From assembly GCA_963803805.1 (NCBI GenBank), contig CAWDOD010000004.1, positions 128,001-192,000 of the forward strand: a DNA stretch of 64,000 nucleotides, read 5' to 3'. The position numbers and the translations under genes were made by a program. Of the stretch, positions 38,943-48,421 are shown piece by piece (within the stretch, counting starts at the first letter, position 1; each line of letters starts with the position of its first letter). This DNA comes from an uncultured cyanobacterium (GTDB taxonomy: Bacteria > Cyanobacteriota > Cyanobacteriia > Cyanobacteriales > CAWCAG01). The notes below the pieces were generated by a model, which was not told where the DNA came from, searched no databases, and saw only the letters and a program-made list of their open reading frames with translations.

Positions 38943-40187
38943 ATGAACAATGTTACTAACAACCCCATAATTCTCAGAGTTGGTAAAGTAGCGATCGCTA
39001 CTTTAGCAGCAACGGTAGCGGTGCTTTTGCTACGTCAACTGGGGTTTTTAGAAGTTTTTGAGTTCCAAGCTTTTGACCATTTCTTACGGGGGCAACCTAG
39101 AGAAAAGGAAGATCGGGTTTTAGTGGTAGGTATTACAGAAGAAGATCTTACTTCTTTACAAGCTTCTAGTGTACCCGATGGGGTTATGGCAGAAGCTATC
39201 AAGGAACTGCAAAAGAGTGATGCTAGAGTTATTGCCTTAGATGTGTTGCGAGATATTCCTGTGGGGGAGGGGCGAGAAGAATTATTAGAAGAGTTTACCG
39301 AGTCTAATGTAGTAGTTGCTTGTCAAATGAACGAAGGAGAAAATCCCGGAGTTGCCCCACCTCCTGATCTGCCCGAAGAACAAGTTGGTTTTGCCGATTT
39401 GCCTATCGATATTGATAATATACAGCGTCGCACTCTTTTATTAGGTATTCCCGCTTTAGCTGAAAAAGAATATGACAACGAACATTTGTGTAATGATCCT
39501 AATGCGGATCTTTATTCCCTTGCTTTCGCTACAACGACTTTATATCTAGAGCAAGAAGACATTGAAGCTGAGTTTACTGAAGATGATCAAATTAAGTTAG
39601 GTGCAGCGACTATAGAACCTTTGACAAATAATGCTGGGGGTTATGTAGATGCCTATAACGATGGTTTCCAGATATTAATTGATTATCCTTTCGGGGCAAA
39701 ACCTCAGAATCTAGTTAGTTTAGGGGATGTGATCGCCGGGAAAGTAGATCCTGTTTTAATTCGTGATCGCGCTGTCTTAATTGGTTATACAGCCCAAAGC
39801 GCTCAAGATATTTTTGAAACCCCTTTCAGTGCTATTTCTGATACGAATCCTCTCATGCCTGGGGTAGTCATTCATGGGCAAATTGTCAGCCAACTTTTAG
39901 GGGCAGCTTTAGATGATCGCCCTTTAATTTGGTACGCCTCTGAACCGGGAGAATGGTTATGGATATTAGCTTGGGCAACAGTAGGAGGCATTGTTGCTTC
40001 TGCTAAAACCAAACTTTGGTTAATGCTAATTCTAGATGGAGTTGCGATCGCCATTTTATGGACAGTTTGCTACAGCATTTTTCAGTCAGGAGGTTGGCTG
40101 CCTTTAATTCCACCAGCTTTAGCTTTAATAGGGAGCAGTGTTGCTGTTAAAGTAATTCCTAGTTCCCTCTTTTCCGGAGATATCTGA
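38943..40187 (+). CDS. CHASE2-domain membrane protein with no output domain
   Basis: RVLVVGITEED, VIALDVLRD, VGFAD, VLIGYTA, MPGVVIHGQIVSQLL, then 3 TM helices and stop. Confidence 0.88.
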   Translation: MNNVTNNPIILRVGKVAIATLAATVAVLLLRQLGFLEVFEFQAFDHFLRGQPREKEDRVLVVGITEEDLTSLQASSVPDGVMAEAIKELQKSDARVIALDVLRDIPVGEGREELLEEFTESNVVVACQMNEGENPGVAPPPDLPEEQVGFADLPIDIDNIQRRTLLLGIPALAEKEYDNEHLCNDPNADLYSLAFATTTLYLEQEDIEAEFTEDDQIKLGAATIEPLTNNAGGYVDAYNDGFQILIDYPFGAKPQNLVSLGDVIAGKVDPVLIRDRAVLIGYTAQSAQDIFETPFSAISDTNPLMPGVVIHGQIVSQLLGAALDDRPLIWYASEPGEWLWILAWATVGGIVASAKTKLWLMLILDGVAIAILWTVCYSIFQSGGWLPLIPPALALIGSSVAVKVIPSSLFSGDI

Positions 40188-40271
40188 TAATTCATTGCTT
40201 CTTTGCAACAAAGCTTGGGAAAATTCCACTAGAATAATCCCAGAAGAAGATAATGAAGCTGTTTAATTTTT

Positions 40272-41753
40272 ATGCCCGATAAGCAATCCTGGGACTTCAA
40301 GAGATTTTTTAAAACTCTTACCTATTTTGAAATAATTCCTTTTATTGGCAGCCTGAAATGTTTGAGAAGAATGATTCTTGGAGAGGAAGACAAAGAGCTT
40401 ATGAGTTCTAATATTAACCAAACAGATATGGTTTTGGTTGCAGGGGCAACTGGGGGTGTGGGTAAGCGAGTTGTTAAGCAACTCCAAGAGCTTAATTACC
40501 CGGTGCGAGTTTTGGTACGGAGTATTGAGAGAGCAAAAGGCATCCTGGGAGAAGATTTAGATTTTTATGAAGGGGATATTACCATTCCCAAAACCCTGCA
40601 ACCAGAGTTGATGGAAGATGTTGCAGCAGTTATTTGTTGTACAGGGACGCGGGTTCAACCTGTCGAAGGAGATACTCCTAACCGGGATAAATATTATCAA
40701 GGGGTGAAGTTTTACCAACCAGAGATTGCTGAATCAACCCCGGAGGCGGTGGAATATAAGGGAGTAAAGAACTTAGTTACTTTAGCGGCGCAACATCTCA
40801 ACGACGCAACCACAACTACTATCTTTGATTTTAACCATCCAACCCAAGAATTAAAAGAGGCTTGGGGTGCTGTTGATGATGTGGTTATGGGGGGTGCGAG
40901 TGAAAGTAGCATGAAAATGTTAGGCAAAACAGCTTTGTTTTCTGGTAATGCTTCGGTAGCTAATTCCGGAGGATTCGCTTCTGTCCGCAACCGCAACTTT
41001 AATCCTCCCCTAGATTTATCTGGCTATGAAGGTTTTGAGTTGCACCTTAAAGGGGATGGCAAACGTTATAAATTTATTGCCCGTTGCGAGGGGAAGTGGG
41101 ATGGGGTTAGTTATTGTTATTCCTTTGATACTTCAAAGTCGCAATGGCTAACAGTGCATATCCCCTTTGCGGAATTGATTCCTGTATTTCGGGCTAAGAC
41201 TCTTACTGAGGCTGATAGTTTTGCCGCAGCAAAAACCTACGCAGTACAGTTAATGTACAGTAAGTTTGAATACGATGGGGAACTCAACCCAACTTTTGAA
41301 CCTGGTCATTTTGACTTAGAGATCGCTTCCATTAAAGCTTATGGTGGTAAACAAGTGCCTCAGTTTGTGATGATTAGTTCTGCTGGTGTTACCCGTCCCG
41401 GTCGTCCTGGCATTAATTTAGCAGAAGAACCTCCGGCTGTGAGGATGAATGATATGTTAGGAGGAATTTTAACCTGGAAGTTACGGGGTGAAGATGCAGT
41501 GAGGGGAAGCGGTTTAAGTTATACGATTGTTAGACCTTGCGCTTTGACCGAAGATGCAGGGGGCAAAGCTTTAACCTTTGACCAAGGAGATAATCTCAAA
41601 GGTCAGGTGAGCAGAGAAGATGTTGCTGAACTTTGTATTGCGGCGATCACAACTTCTGAGGCTGTTAATAAAACCTTTGAGGTAAGGCAAGAAGAGGGGA
41701 TGCAGCCAGAAAAAGATTGGGTTGATTTGTGGGGTGGTTTGAATTCTGATTAA
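40272..41753 (+). CDS. NAD(P)-binding Rossmann protein with inserted CIA30 domain
   Basis: VAGATGGVG, WGAVDDVVMGG, GGFASVR, YTIVRP. Confidence 0.9.
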   Translation: MPDKQSWDFKRFFKTLTYFEIIPFIGSLKCLRRMILGEEDKELMSSNINQTDMVLVAGATGGVGKRVVKQLQELNYPVRVLVRSIERAKGILGEDLDFYEGDITIPKTLQPELMEDVAAVICCTGTRVQPVEGDTPNRDKYYQGVKFYQPEIAESTPEAVEYKGVKNLVTLAAQHLNDATTTTIFDFNHPTQELKEAWGAVDDVVMGGASESSMKMLGKTALFSGNASVANSGGFASVRNRNFNPPLDLSGYEGFELHLKGDGKRYKFIARCEGKWDGVSYCYSFDTSKSQWLTVHIPFAELIPVFRAKTLTEADSFAAAKTYAVQLMYSKFEYDGELNPTFEPGHFDLEIASIKAYGGKQVPQFVMISSAGVTRPGRPGINLAEEPPAVRMNDMLGGILTWKLRGEDAVRGSGLSYTIVRPCALTEDAGGKALTFDQGDNLKGQVSREDVAELCIAAITTSEAVNKTFEVRQEEGMQPEKDWVDLWGGLNSD

Positions 41754-42234
41754 GAAAAAAAAGGAACCGCGTTTTTGGGTGTTTTTGTTTTCTCTATAAA
41801 AGTTTTTAAAAACTGATTTCAAGAACGCAGCTTTTCCACCGTGTACAGAATATCATGTCAAAGCTGATAAGTAAAGCTTTTCTTGTGCTTCTCCTTGCTT
41901 CAAATGATTTAAACAAAGAGTCCTAATTTCACTTTTGTTAAGCTTGATAAAGCTTCTATTTGGTAACGTAGCTTTAATGGTTTGAGCCATAGTATACTTG
42001 ACAGTTAATATTTAAGAAGATGTAAATTGGTATTTGGTGTCCAATTTTCCTCACAACTAGTACAAAATAGCTGCAAACCTACCTTTTCCCATTCAAATAG
42101 CAAAATTTTGTTATCTTTCCAGAAGAAAAGATTTAGGAGTGCGAAACTTTCTAAAAAATGGCAACTTAACAATCACTTGACAAAAAGGCGTTTCTGTGAA
42201 GCAGAATGTAGAAATTAAACTATGAAGTGAAGTT

Positions 42235-42267
42235 GCGATTATGCCGACGGGGATACTTTGCGATCGC
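42235..42267 (-). repeat. HIP1-associated small dispersed repeat
   Basis: Reverse complement GCGATCGC-AAAGTATCCCCGTCGGCATA-ATCGC, same layout as 20831-20862. Confidence 0.55.
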
Positions 42268-42333
42268 TACCTATCTTCTACAACATCCTATGTTCTATCA
42301 TTCAAGAATAGAATTTTAATTCCCGACGTAGAT

Positions 42334-43452
42334 ATGTTGAAGACGGTAAAAATTGAAAACTTCCGTGGCTTTAAGTCCTTTGAGCTTCAACAACTTGGTA
42401 GAGTAAATTTGTTAGTTGGCATTAACAACAGTGGTAAGACTTCTCTTCTAGAAGCTCTTCAACTATTGTATGCAAGGAATGATCTTGAGTCCTTTGCTAA
42501 TTCGATGATCAAAAGAGGCGAATTTGTTTGGAGTGAACGTCATACCAGAACTCGCGAACTTGAAATTTGTCATCTTTTTCATGGTCATGAAATTGAAGAA
42601 AGTAGTCAATTGACGATATCAGGTTTTGAAAATGGTATTTTCAAAGAACTTAAAATATCGATAGAGTCAGGACTTTTTGATCGTAATGATAATGAGTTTA
42701 TAGACATAGGCATTTTGACTAAGGAATTAGGGCTTTCAACTAAATCAGGATTTTTTGCTCAATGGACTACTCCAGAAGGAGAATCATCTAGGTTCGGATT
42801 TCCCTTATCTGTTGAGGGAAACTTATTAGTAGAGTATGTCCATCCCATTCGTCGAAATCCTAGAAAACCATCAATTAAAAGCCAATTTATTTCTTCCTCT
42901 TCTTTAACTGTCCAAGAAATGACGGAACTGTTCGAGGAAGTAGTGCTAACACCAGAAGAAAATCTTGTTTATGAAGCCTTGCAAACAATTGAACCTAATA
43001 TTAAACGCATCGCTTCTGTAGCTGGTTCAACATTCAGTAATTCTCCTAATTCTCACGGTGGATTTGTTGTACGTTTAGCTGATAGTGTCCAGCGTGTACC
43101 CATTGGTAGTTTAGGAGATGGAGTTTGGCGAATGCTAGGTATTGCCTTAGCAATTGTATCTGCTAGGGGAGGAGTTTTATTAATTGATGAAATTGATACG
43201 GGGCTTCACTTTAGCGTCATGTCTGATATGTGGCGTTTAATTTGGGAGACAGCCAAGAAATTAGACGTACAAGTTTTTGCCACCACCCATAATAGTGACT
43301 GTTGGAAGAGTTTGGCAGCCATCGCGAAGAGGGAGGATGCTAAAGAAGAAGGAATTAGTATTCAACGTATTGAAGCAGATAAAACTGTAGGTATAGCTTT
43401 TACAGAAAGAGAAATTGTTGTCGCCGCAGAAAGAGGAATTGAGGTGCGTTGA
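42334..43452 (+). CDS. ABC-type (AAA_15/AAA_21-like) ATPase
   Basis: IENFRGF, GINNSGKTS, LGDG, LLIDEIDTGLH, ATTHN; ATG at 42334 preferred. Confidence 0.9.
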   Translation: MLKTVKIENFRGFKSFELQQLGRVNLLVGINNSGKTSLLEALQLLYARNDLESFANSMIKRGEFVWSERHTRTRELEICHLFHGHEIEESSQLTISGFENGIFKELKISIESGLFDRNDNEFIDIGILTKELGLSTKSGFFAQWTTPEGESSRFGFPLSVEGNLLVEYVHPIRRNPRKPSIKSQFISSSSLTVQEMTELFEEVVLTPEENLVYEALQTIEPNIKRIASVAGSTFSNSPNSHGGFVVRLADSVQRVPIGSLGDGVWRMLGIALAIVSARGGVLLIDEIDTGLHFSVMSDMWRLIWETAKKLDVQVFATTHNSDCWKSLAAIAKREDAKEEGISIQRIEADKTVGIAFTEREIVVAAERGIEVR

Positions 43453-43640
43453 TGGCGAATATACACAGAAATTTGCTTTTAGTAGAAGGAGAACAAGACA
43501 AACGCACCATACCTTATTTAATTGAAGCTAACGGCATTGATTGGGGTACAAAAAAAGAACCAATAGTTTACATCAAGCCGATTGGTGGAGATAATTCCCT
43601 CATTGAGCCAGAAATTATTTCTACTGAACTCAAAGCTTCA
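43452..43640 (+). pseudogene. Truncated DUF3226-like TOPRIM-fold partner
   Basis: TGATG overlap with the ATPase; LLLVEGEQDK; plausible sequence ends at ELKAS, after which the ORF is antisense to the neighbouring gene. Confidence 0.7.
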
Positions 43641-43643
43641 TTC

Positions 43644-43826
43644 TCAAACTGGCTTACATTTCCCAGCCCTAATCAAACCCACACGACGAGCGATCGCTTC
43701 TTCTTTACTTTTAAAAGGACCCCATTTATCTTGCTCCTTAATAGCATTTTCATCTGCCTGAGAAACTATAGAACAAGAACCATTATCTTGCTCTTTGACA
43801 ATATACCAATTTTGTGAACTTTCCAT
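43644..43826 (-). CDS. Small conserved cyanobacterial protein
   Basis: WYIVK...C.I...WGPF.S..EAIARRVGLIRAGKC; start overlaps the upstream stop. Confidence 0.75.
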   Translation of the reverse strand: MESSQNWYIVKEQDNGSCSIVSQADENAIKEQDKWGPFKSKEEAIARRVGLIRAGKCKPV

Positions 43827-45154
43827 TACAATTGTTTCTTCTTGTTTTCTGCTGAATTAATCATATTACGAGCATCTTCATACACTGTAGTTTGTGGTTT
43901 CACTTGCTCCAACTTATTAATAATAGTCAGTATATTATTCGCTGTAGCATCGCGATTAGATTCATCAACAGTTTTCGGTAAATTAGTAATTAGATTCTGT
44001 GCCGACTGATAAGCTTGTACGGATTGTTCTTCATCTTGCTGACGAATCCCAAATTCCTTTAACTCTGTATCATAAACGGCTAGTAACTTCTGGCTTTCAA
44101 CATAGCCAGGATCTTCCTGGGGAACTTGTTCTAAAATAGCAGTTGCTTTACCTAATAAATCAGCGCACGCTTGCCACCGATTGGCAGGGTGTGCAGCATC
44201 GGGGCAAGTTGTTTTTGCCTGGGTATGAAACTGTTGGGCAACGGCAACGACATTATTAGTGCGATCATTTCCTGCTACTAAACCAGATACTTGGTTAAAA
44301 TCCCGTAAATAAGCTTCAGTTGCTGCCTCAGCTTGCTGCTTTGCTAAAGTATTAGGGGGAATTTGCTTTAAGAGATCAATACCAGCTTGCCATGAGGCGA
44401 TCGCCTGTTGTTTTGTAGTGGTATCCTGTGCTTGTTGGTAAGTTTGTTTAGCCTGTTGAATATCCTGTTGCGCTTTTTCCCATTGTGTAAAAGCATTGGT
44501 TTCTTGAAAAACTTTAGCCTCCATCCGTCCAATACTAGCTCTAGCAGCCTCAAACTCATCTAAGGTGAACTTCCAGCCAAAATTAAACCAACTGCCATAC
44601 ATTTGCGGTTCATAACCCAAAAACCAAACAGGTAAAGCATCAAGATGTTTCTGTGCCTGAGTAACTTTTTCAGTTCCTAACTCTAAATCCGCCGAACTTG
44701 TAGCATTATTAACCAATTGATCTGCCTGTTCAACTTTAGCGATCGCCTGTCGATAATTATGATCCATACTTAAGTAACTTGGTAGGAGTATGATCGGCGC
44801 AGTACTAGCAACAGGGCGACGAATCATGGGGTAAGGCAAATTTAGTACCCAAATCAAACCCGCCAAGCCCCCTAAACCCAAGGCTACTTTAGGAATCAGC
44901 CATAAAGGGCTAGGAGGGCGATTAGCACCGGCTGCTTTTTGAATAACCTTCGGATCAAAGTTAGGAAAAACATCGCTAATTAAGAAACTTAACTCCCTTT
45001 CTGTAACAGGTTCTCCTCGTTGAGAGTTTAATTTCTTTAATCGTTTCAAGACAATTCTTTGAGAAACTTCCCCGGCGATCGCATCCTCAGCAGCAACTTT
45101 AGCGATTTCGACGGCAAGAATGTTGTAGGCTTTGTTATTGAGACGCACTGGCAT
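43826..45154 (-). CDS. Membrane-anchored helical hypothetical protein
   Basis: One TM helix (LIWVLNLPYPMIRRPV) followed by a long Gln/Ala-rich helical region. Confidence 0.75.
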   Translation of the reverse strand: MPVRLNNKAYNILAVEIAKVAAEDAIAGEVSQRIVLKRLKKLNSQRGEPVTERELSFLISDVFPNFDPKVIQKAAGANRPPSPLWLIPKVALGLGGLAGLIWVLNLPYPMIRRPVASTAPIILLPSYLSMDHNYRQAIAKVEQADQLVNNATSSADLELGTEKVTQAQKHLDALPVWFLGYEPQMYGSWFNFGWKFTLDEFEAARASIGRMEAKVFQETNAFTQWEKAQQDIQQAKQTYQQAQDTTTKQQAIASWQAGIDLLKQIPPNTLAKQQAEAATEAYLRDFNQVSGLVAGNDRTNNVVAVAQQFHTQAKTTCPDAAHPANRWQACADLLGKATAILEQVPQEDPGYVESQKLLAVYDTELKEFGIRQQDEEQSVQAYQSAQNLITNLPKTVDESNRDATANNILTIINKLEQVKPQTTVYEDARNMINSAENKKKQL

Positions 45155-45230
45155 AGAAACAAGCTCAATATTTAAGTAGGATTAATTTATTCTACTCTTT
45201 TGTTACTAGCTTTTCCGCCCTCTCCTGATA

Positions 45231-48200
45231 CTAATTAATTATTGCTAAAGCTTCGTTCAACAATTGAGTTGCTTCTTGTTTGTTTCCTGCCTCAATATAA
45301 TTAGTAGCTAGTTGATTTAACAAACTTGCCTTACTAAAATTATCAGGTAAAAACAGAATTAATTGTTTAGCCACTTCTAACTTTTCTTGCTCTACCAAAT
45401 CTAAAACCACACTGCCAAGAGTAAGGGATTCTTGTTCATCAAGAGATTGTATAATTTCCTTAGCTTTATCTATGTCCCCTTCCTGGGCAAAATAACCAGC
45501 AACATGAGCTAAAACCAGATCCTTGTATTGATCTTGAATTGATTCGGCTATTTCCATTGCTAGCTCAATTTCTCCTGCTTGAGCCAATTTAACAGCAACG
45601 CTAGATGAAGCCCAAGTGGGATAATCTTTAATAGTTTTGGTTAATTGCAATGCTTGTTCAATTTCTCCTTCTTCAATCCAAAAACCAGCAATTTCAGTTA
45701 TCGCCGCAATTTGCTGATATTCTTCCAGAGAGCGGGCTAATTCTAAACCCTTGTCTACATCCCCTTCCTTAACCAAAGCAATTGCGATAGTACCCAAAAT
45801 TGACTCAACATACTCTTTATCCAAGTCACCGAAAACTGACTTATCATAATTGAAGTCTAAAGATTGAGCCAATTGCAAAGCCCTATCGCTTTCTCCTGAT
45901 GCTACTAAAACCCTAACCACCTCATGGAAAATTAAAACCTGATCTCCTGCATCTAGGGATTCAGCTATTTGCAATGCTTCATCTACATTGCCAATTTCAG
46001 CTTGAGAAGTAGCAACTACCCTTAATATACCCATGTGTAACCCAGAAACCACAATAGGATTCTCATCTTCTGGTTGGAAATCAAGCATTTCTACCACTTG
46101 CATCGCCAAATCAAACTGCTTTTCTTGGGCAAAGTTAATACCAATAGCTTGTAAAACCAAGGCTTTCGAGTTAGTATTACCAACGGATTGGTTCAAAGAT
46201 TGGGTTACTGCCATCCCTTGAGCAAATTTCTGGGCTTGGATCAACTCAACGATGATTTCTCCCATAGCTCCGGCTTTAACATCATCCTCCTCAATGCTTT
46301 GGGCTATTGCCAAACCACGATCAAAGTCTCCTCTAACACCTAAACCAACAGCTATTCCCCCTAAGATATTGGCTTGAGAGTCAGCGTCCTCTTTATTTTC
46401 ACTTAATTGCAGTGCTTGTTCAACTTCCCCTACTTCTGCTAACTTACTAGCTACAACAGCGAATAAACTATCTTGATATTGATCAACAGACTCAGCCAAA
46501 GCCAGGGATTGTTCAACTTCTCCTGCGGTGGCTAACTCTATAGCAATATCCCCCAAAGTACGCCACCGATAAGATTCATCAATAGATTTAGTAATTTCCA
46601 AAGCGCGGTCTAAGTTACCTAATTTAGCAAAGTTAACAGCCACTGTCCCCAATAAGCTAGCTGAAGCAGGATTGTAATAAGGAATTTCTACTGACTCTGC
46701 TAGTTGTAAAGCCCTGTCTACTTGTCCAGCAACTGCTAAAGCAACAGCCGTATTCCTCATCACCCAGATTTTAGCTTCATTGTTTTCAAGAGATTGTAGG
46801 ATATTGACAGACTTTAAGAAGGCTGTCAATGCCATTACTTCAGCCACACCACCTACCACACGCATTTTTTGGTCTTCAGGCGCTTGTTGAGCTAGTTGTA
46901 GTGCTTCTTCTACCTGACCTGCTTTAGCTAAAGCTTGAACGATGCTAATTAATATTGTACCTTGGTCTTCTTCACTTTCTACTGATTGAACAATTTCTTT
47001 TGCCTCATCAAGCTTGCCAGCATTAGTTAACTGTGCTGCAACCTCTTTCAAGATACTTACTTTGTGATAACCCTCTTCATACTCATTTTCTAGAGATGCA
47101 GCAATTTGCCTTGCTGCATCAAGATTCCCAGCTTTAGCTAACTCAATAGCAACATCACTATCATCTGACTTATCTTCTGTACTACGAGCAACTTCTAAAG
47201 CCTTCTCAAAATCTCCGGCGATCGCTAATTCCCTAGCAATATTTCCCAAGACATATTGTTGATTAAAATCAAACTCACTATCTTCAGCTTTAATAGATTG
47301 AGCAACTTGCAAAGCTTGCTCCAGTTTACCCGCTTCTGTCAAAGCATCTGCAATTCTGAATAAAGCTTCATTACGAACTCTAGAAATACTATTTAGATCC
47401 GGAACAAGCTCTGTGCTTGCATCTTCTTGAGCATAATCATTTTTAATTAATTCAGCCACCTCCAAAGCCTGCTCCCATTCTCCTGCTTCAGCTAAGGTAC
47501 TGGAAATATCAAGGAGAATACTACCCTGAAAAGAGTTTACAGGCAAAGACTTAGCTAGTTTAAGAGCCTGTTCATCTTCTCCCCCTCTAGCCAAAGCCTT
47601 AGCCATCCAACCCAAAGTTTCTGTTTGTTTAGACTCTTCTAAAGTTTCTACTAACTGCAAAGCTTCTTCCAAAGCCCCTGCTTGGGCCAAAACTACCGCT
47701 TTATCCTGTTGATCTTCAACTGATTGAGCAATTTGCAAAGCCCGTTCACCTTCTCCTGCTTTTGCTAAACTACTAGCAATGGCCCCCAAAATATAGGCTT
47801 TGTCCTGCTGATCTCCCGGTAAGGAGTCCGCAATTTGCAAAGCCTGCTCAACTTCCCCTGCTTTTGCCAAAAAGACAGCTACTTCCCCCAAAGCATAGGC
47901 TTTTGAATCTTCATCTTCCAAAGAGTTGGCTGTTTGCAAAGCAACATCGAATTTCCCTGCTCTAGCAGCTTCTACAGCAATCAAACTCCGGAGGCTCTCG
48001 GATTGCAGATCATCTATTTGCTTTCTTTCTAAAATTCGCAATGCTTCGTCAAATTTTTCTTCTCCTACCAATGCACCGCTTATTTCTTGCAAGATAAAGT
48101 TTGTATAATATTCGTAATCAGGTGCTTGAGCTAATTGAGTAGACTGATTTTGTCTTACTTCAGTTTTGTTAGTGGTAGCAGCAAGGCTAGGATTGGGTGA

Positions 48201-48257
48201 AGAAAGTAGCAGAGTAGGGATAGCCAGTAAAGATAAAAGAGATTTGTTAGTGTTCAT
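45231..48257 (-). CDS. Large secreted acidic alpha-solenoid (TPR-like) repeat protein
   Basis: Signal peptide MNTNKSLLSLLAIPTLLLSS; more than 20 repeats of consensus LAKAGE.EQALQIAQS. Confidence 0.85.
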   Translation of the reverse strand: MNTNKSLLSLLAIPTLLLSSPNPSLAATTNKTEVRQNQSTQLAQAPDYEYYTNFILQEISGALVGEEKFDEALRILERKQIDDLQSESLRSLIAVEAARAGKFDVALQTANSLEDEDSKAYALGEVAVFLAKAGEVEQALQIADSLPGDQQDKAYILGAIASSLAKAGEGERALQIAQSVEDQQDKAVVLAQAGALEEALQLVETLEESKQTETLGWMAKALARGGEDEQALKLAKSLPVNSFQGSILLDISSTLAEAGEWEQALEVAELIKNDYAQEDASTELVPDLNSISRVRNEALFRIADALTEAGKLEQALQVAQSIKAEDSEFDFNQQYVLGNIARELAIAGDFEKALEVARSTEDKSDDSDVAIELAKAGNLDAARQIAASLENEYEEGYHKVSILKEVAAQLTNAGKLDEAKEIVQSVESEEDQGTILISIVQALAKAGQVEEALQLAQQAPEDQKMRVVGGVAEVMALTAFLKSVNILQSLENNEAKIWVMRNTAVALAVAGQVDRALQLAESVEIPYYNPASASLLGTVAVNFAKLGNLDRALEITKSIDESYRWRTLGDIAIELATAGEVEQSLALAESVDQYQDSLFAVVASKLAEVGEVEQALQLSENKEDADSQANILGGIAVGLGVRGDFDRGLAIAQSIEEDDVKAGAMGEIIVELIQAQKFAQGMAVTQSLNQSVGNTNSKALVLQAIGINFAQEKQFDLAMQVVEMLDFQPEDENPIVVSGLHMGILRVVATSQAEIGNVDEALQIAESLDAGDQVLIFHEVVRVLVASGESDRALQLAQSLDFNYDKSVFGDLDKEYVESILGTIAIALVKEGDVDKGLELARSLEEYQQIAAITEIAGFWIEEGEIEQALQLTKTIKDYPTWASSSVAVKLAQAGEIELAMEIAESIQDQYKDLVLAHVAGYFAQEGDIDKAKEIIQSLDEQESLTLGSVVLDLVEQEKLEVAKQLILFLPDNFSKASLLNQLATNYIEAGNKQEATQLLNEALAIIN

Positions 48258-48421
48258 TTTTCTGAAGTTAAAGACTCTGCCAAAATCAAGAAATGGCAAG
48301 AAAACTAAATCAACTGTGGACTATTTTAGGGACGAGCCTTAAGTTGCCTAGAGAAACTACAAAAGTAAAATTACAGTTTCCTGAAAAGTGATCATATTTT
48401 TGAGTAAATCAAGACTAATCA

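Noticed and set aside
41853..41990. 45-aa minus-strand ORF (MAQTIKATLPNRSF...)
   Set aside because: No SD or recognisable family; cannot be supported without a homology search
43644..43826. Transposase interpretation of the 60-aa protein
   Set aside because: Too short, no DDE residues or terminal repeats, and translationally coupled to a chromosomal gene
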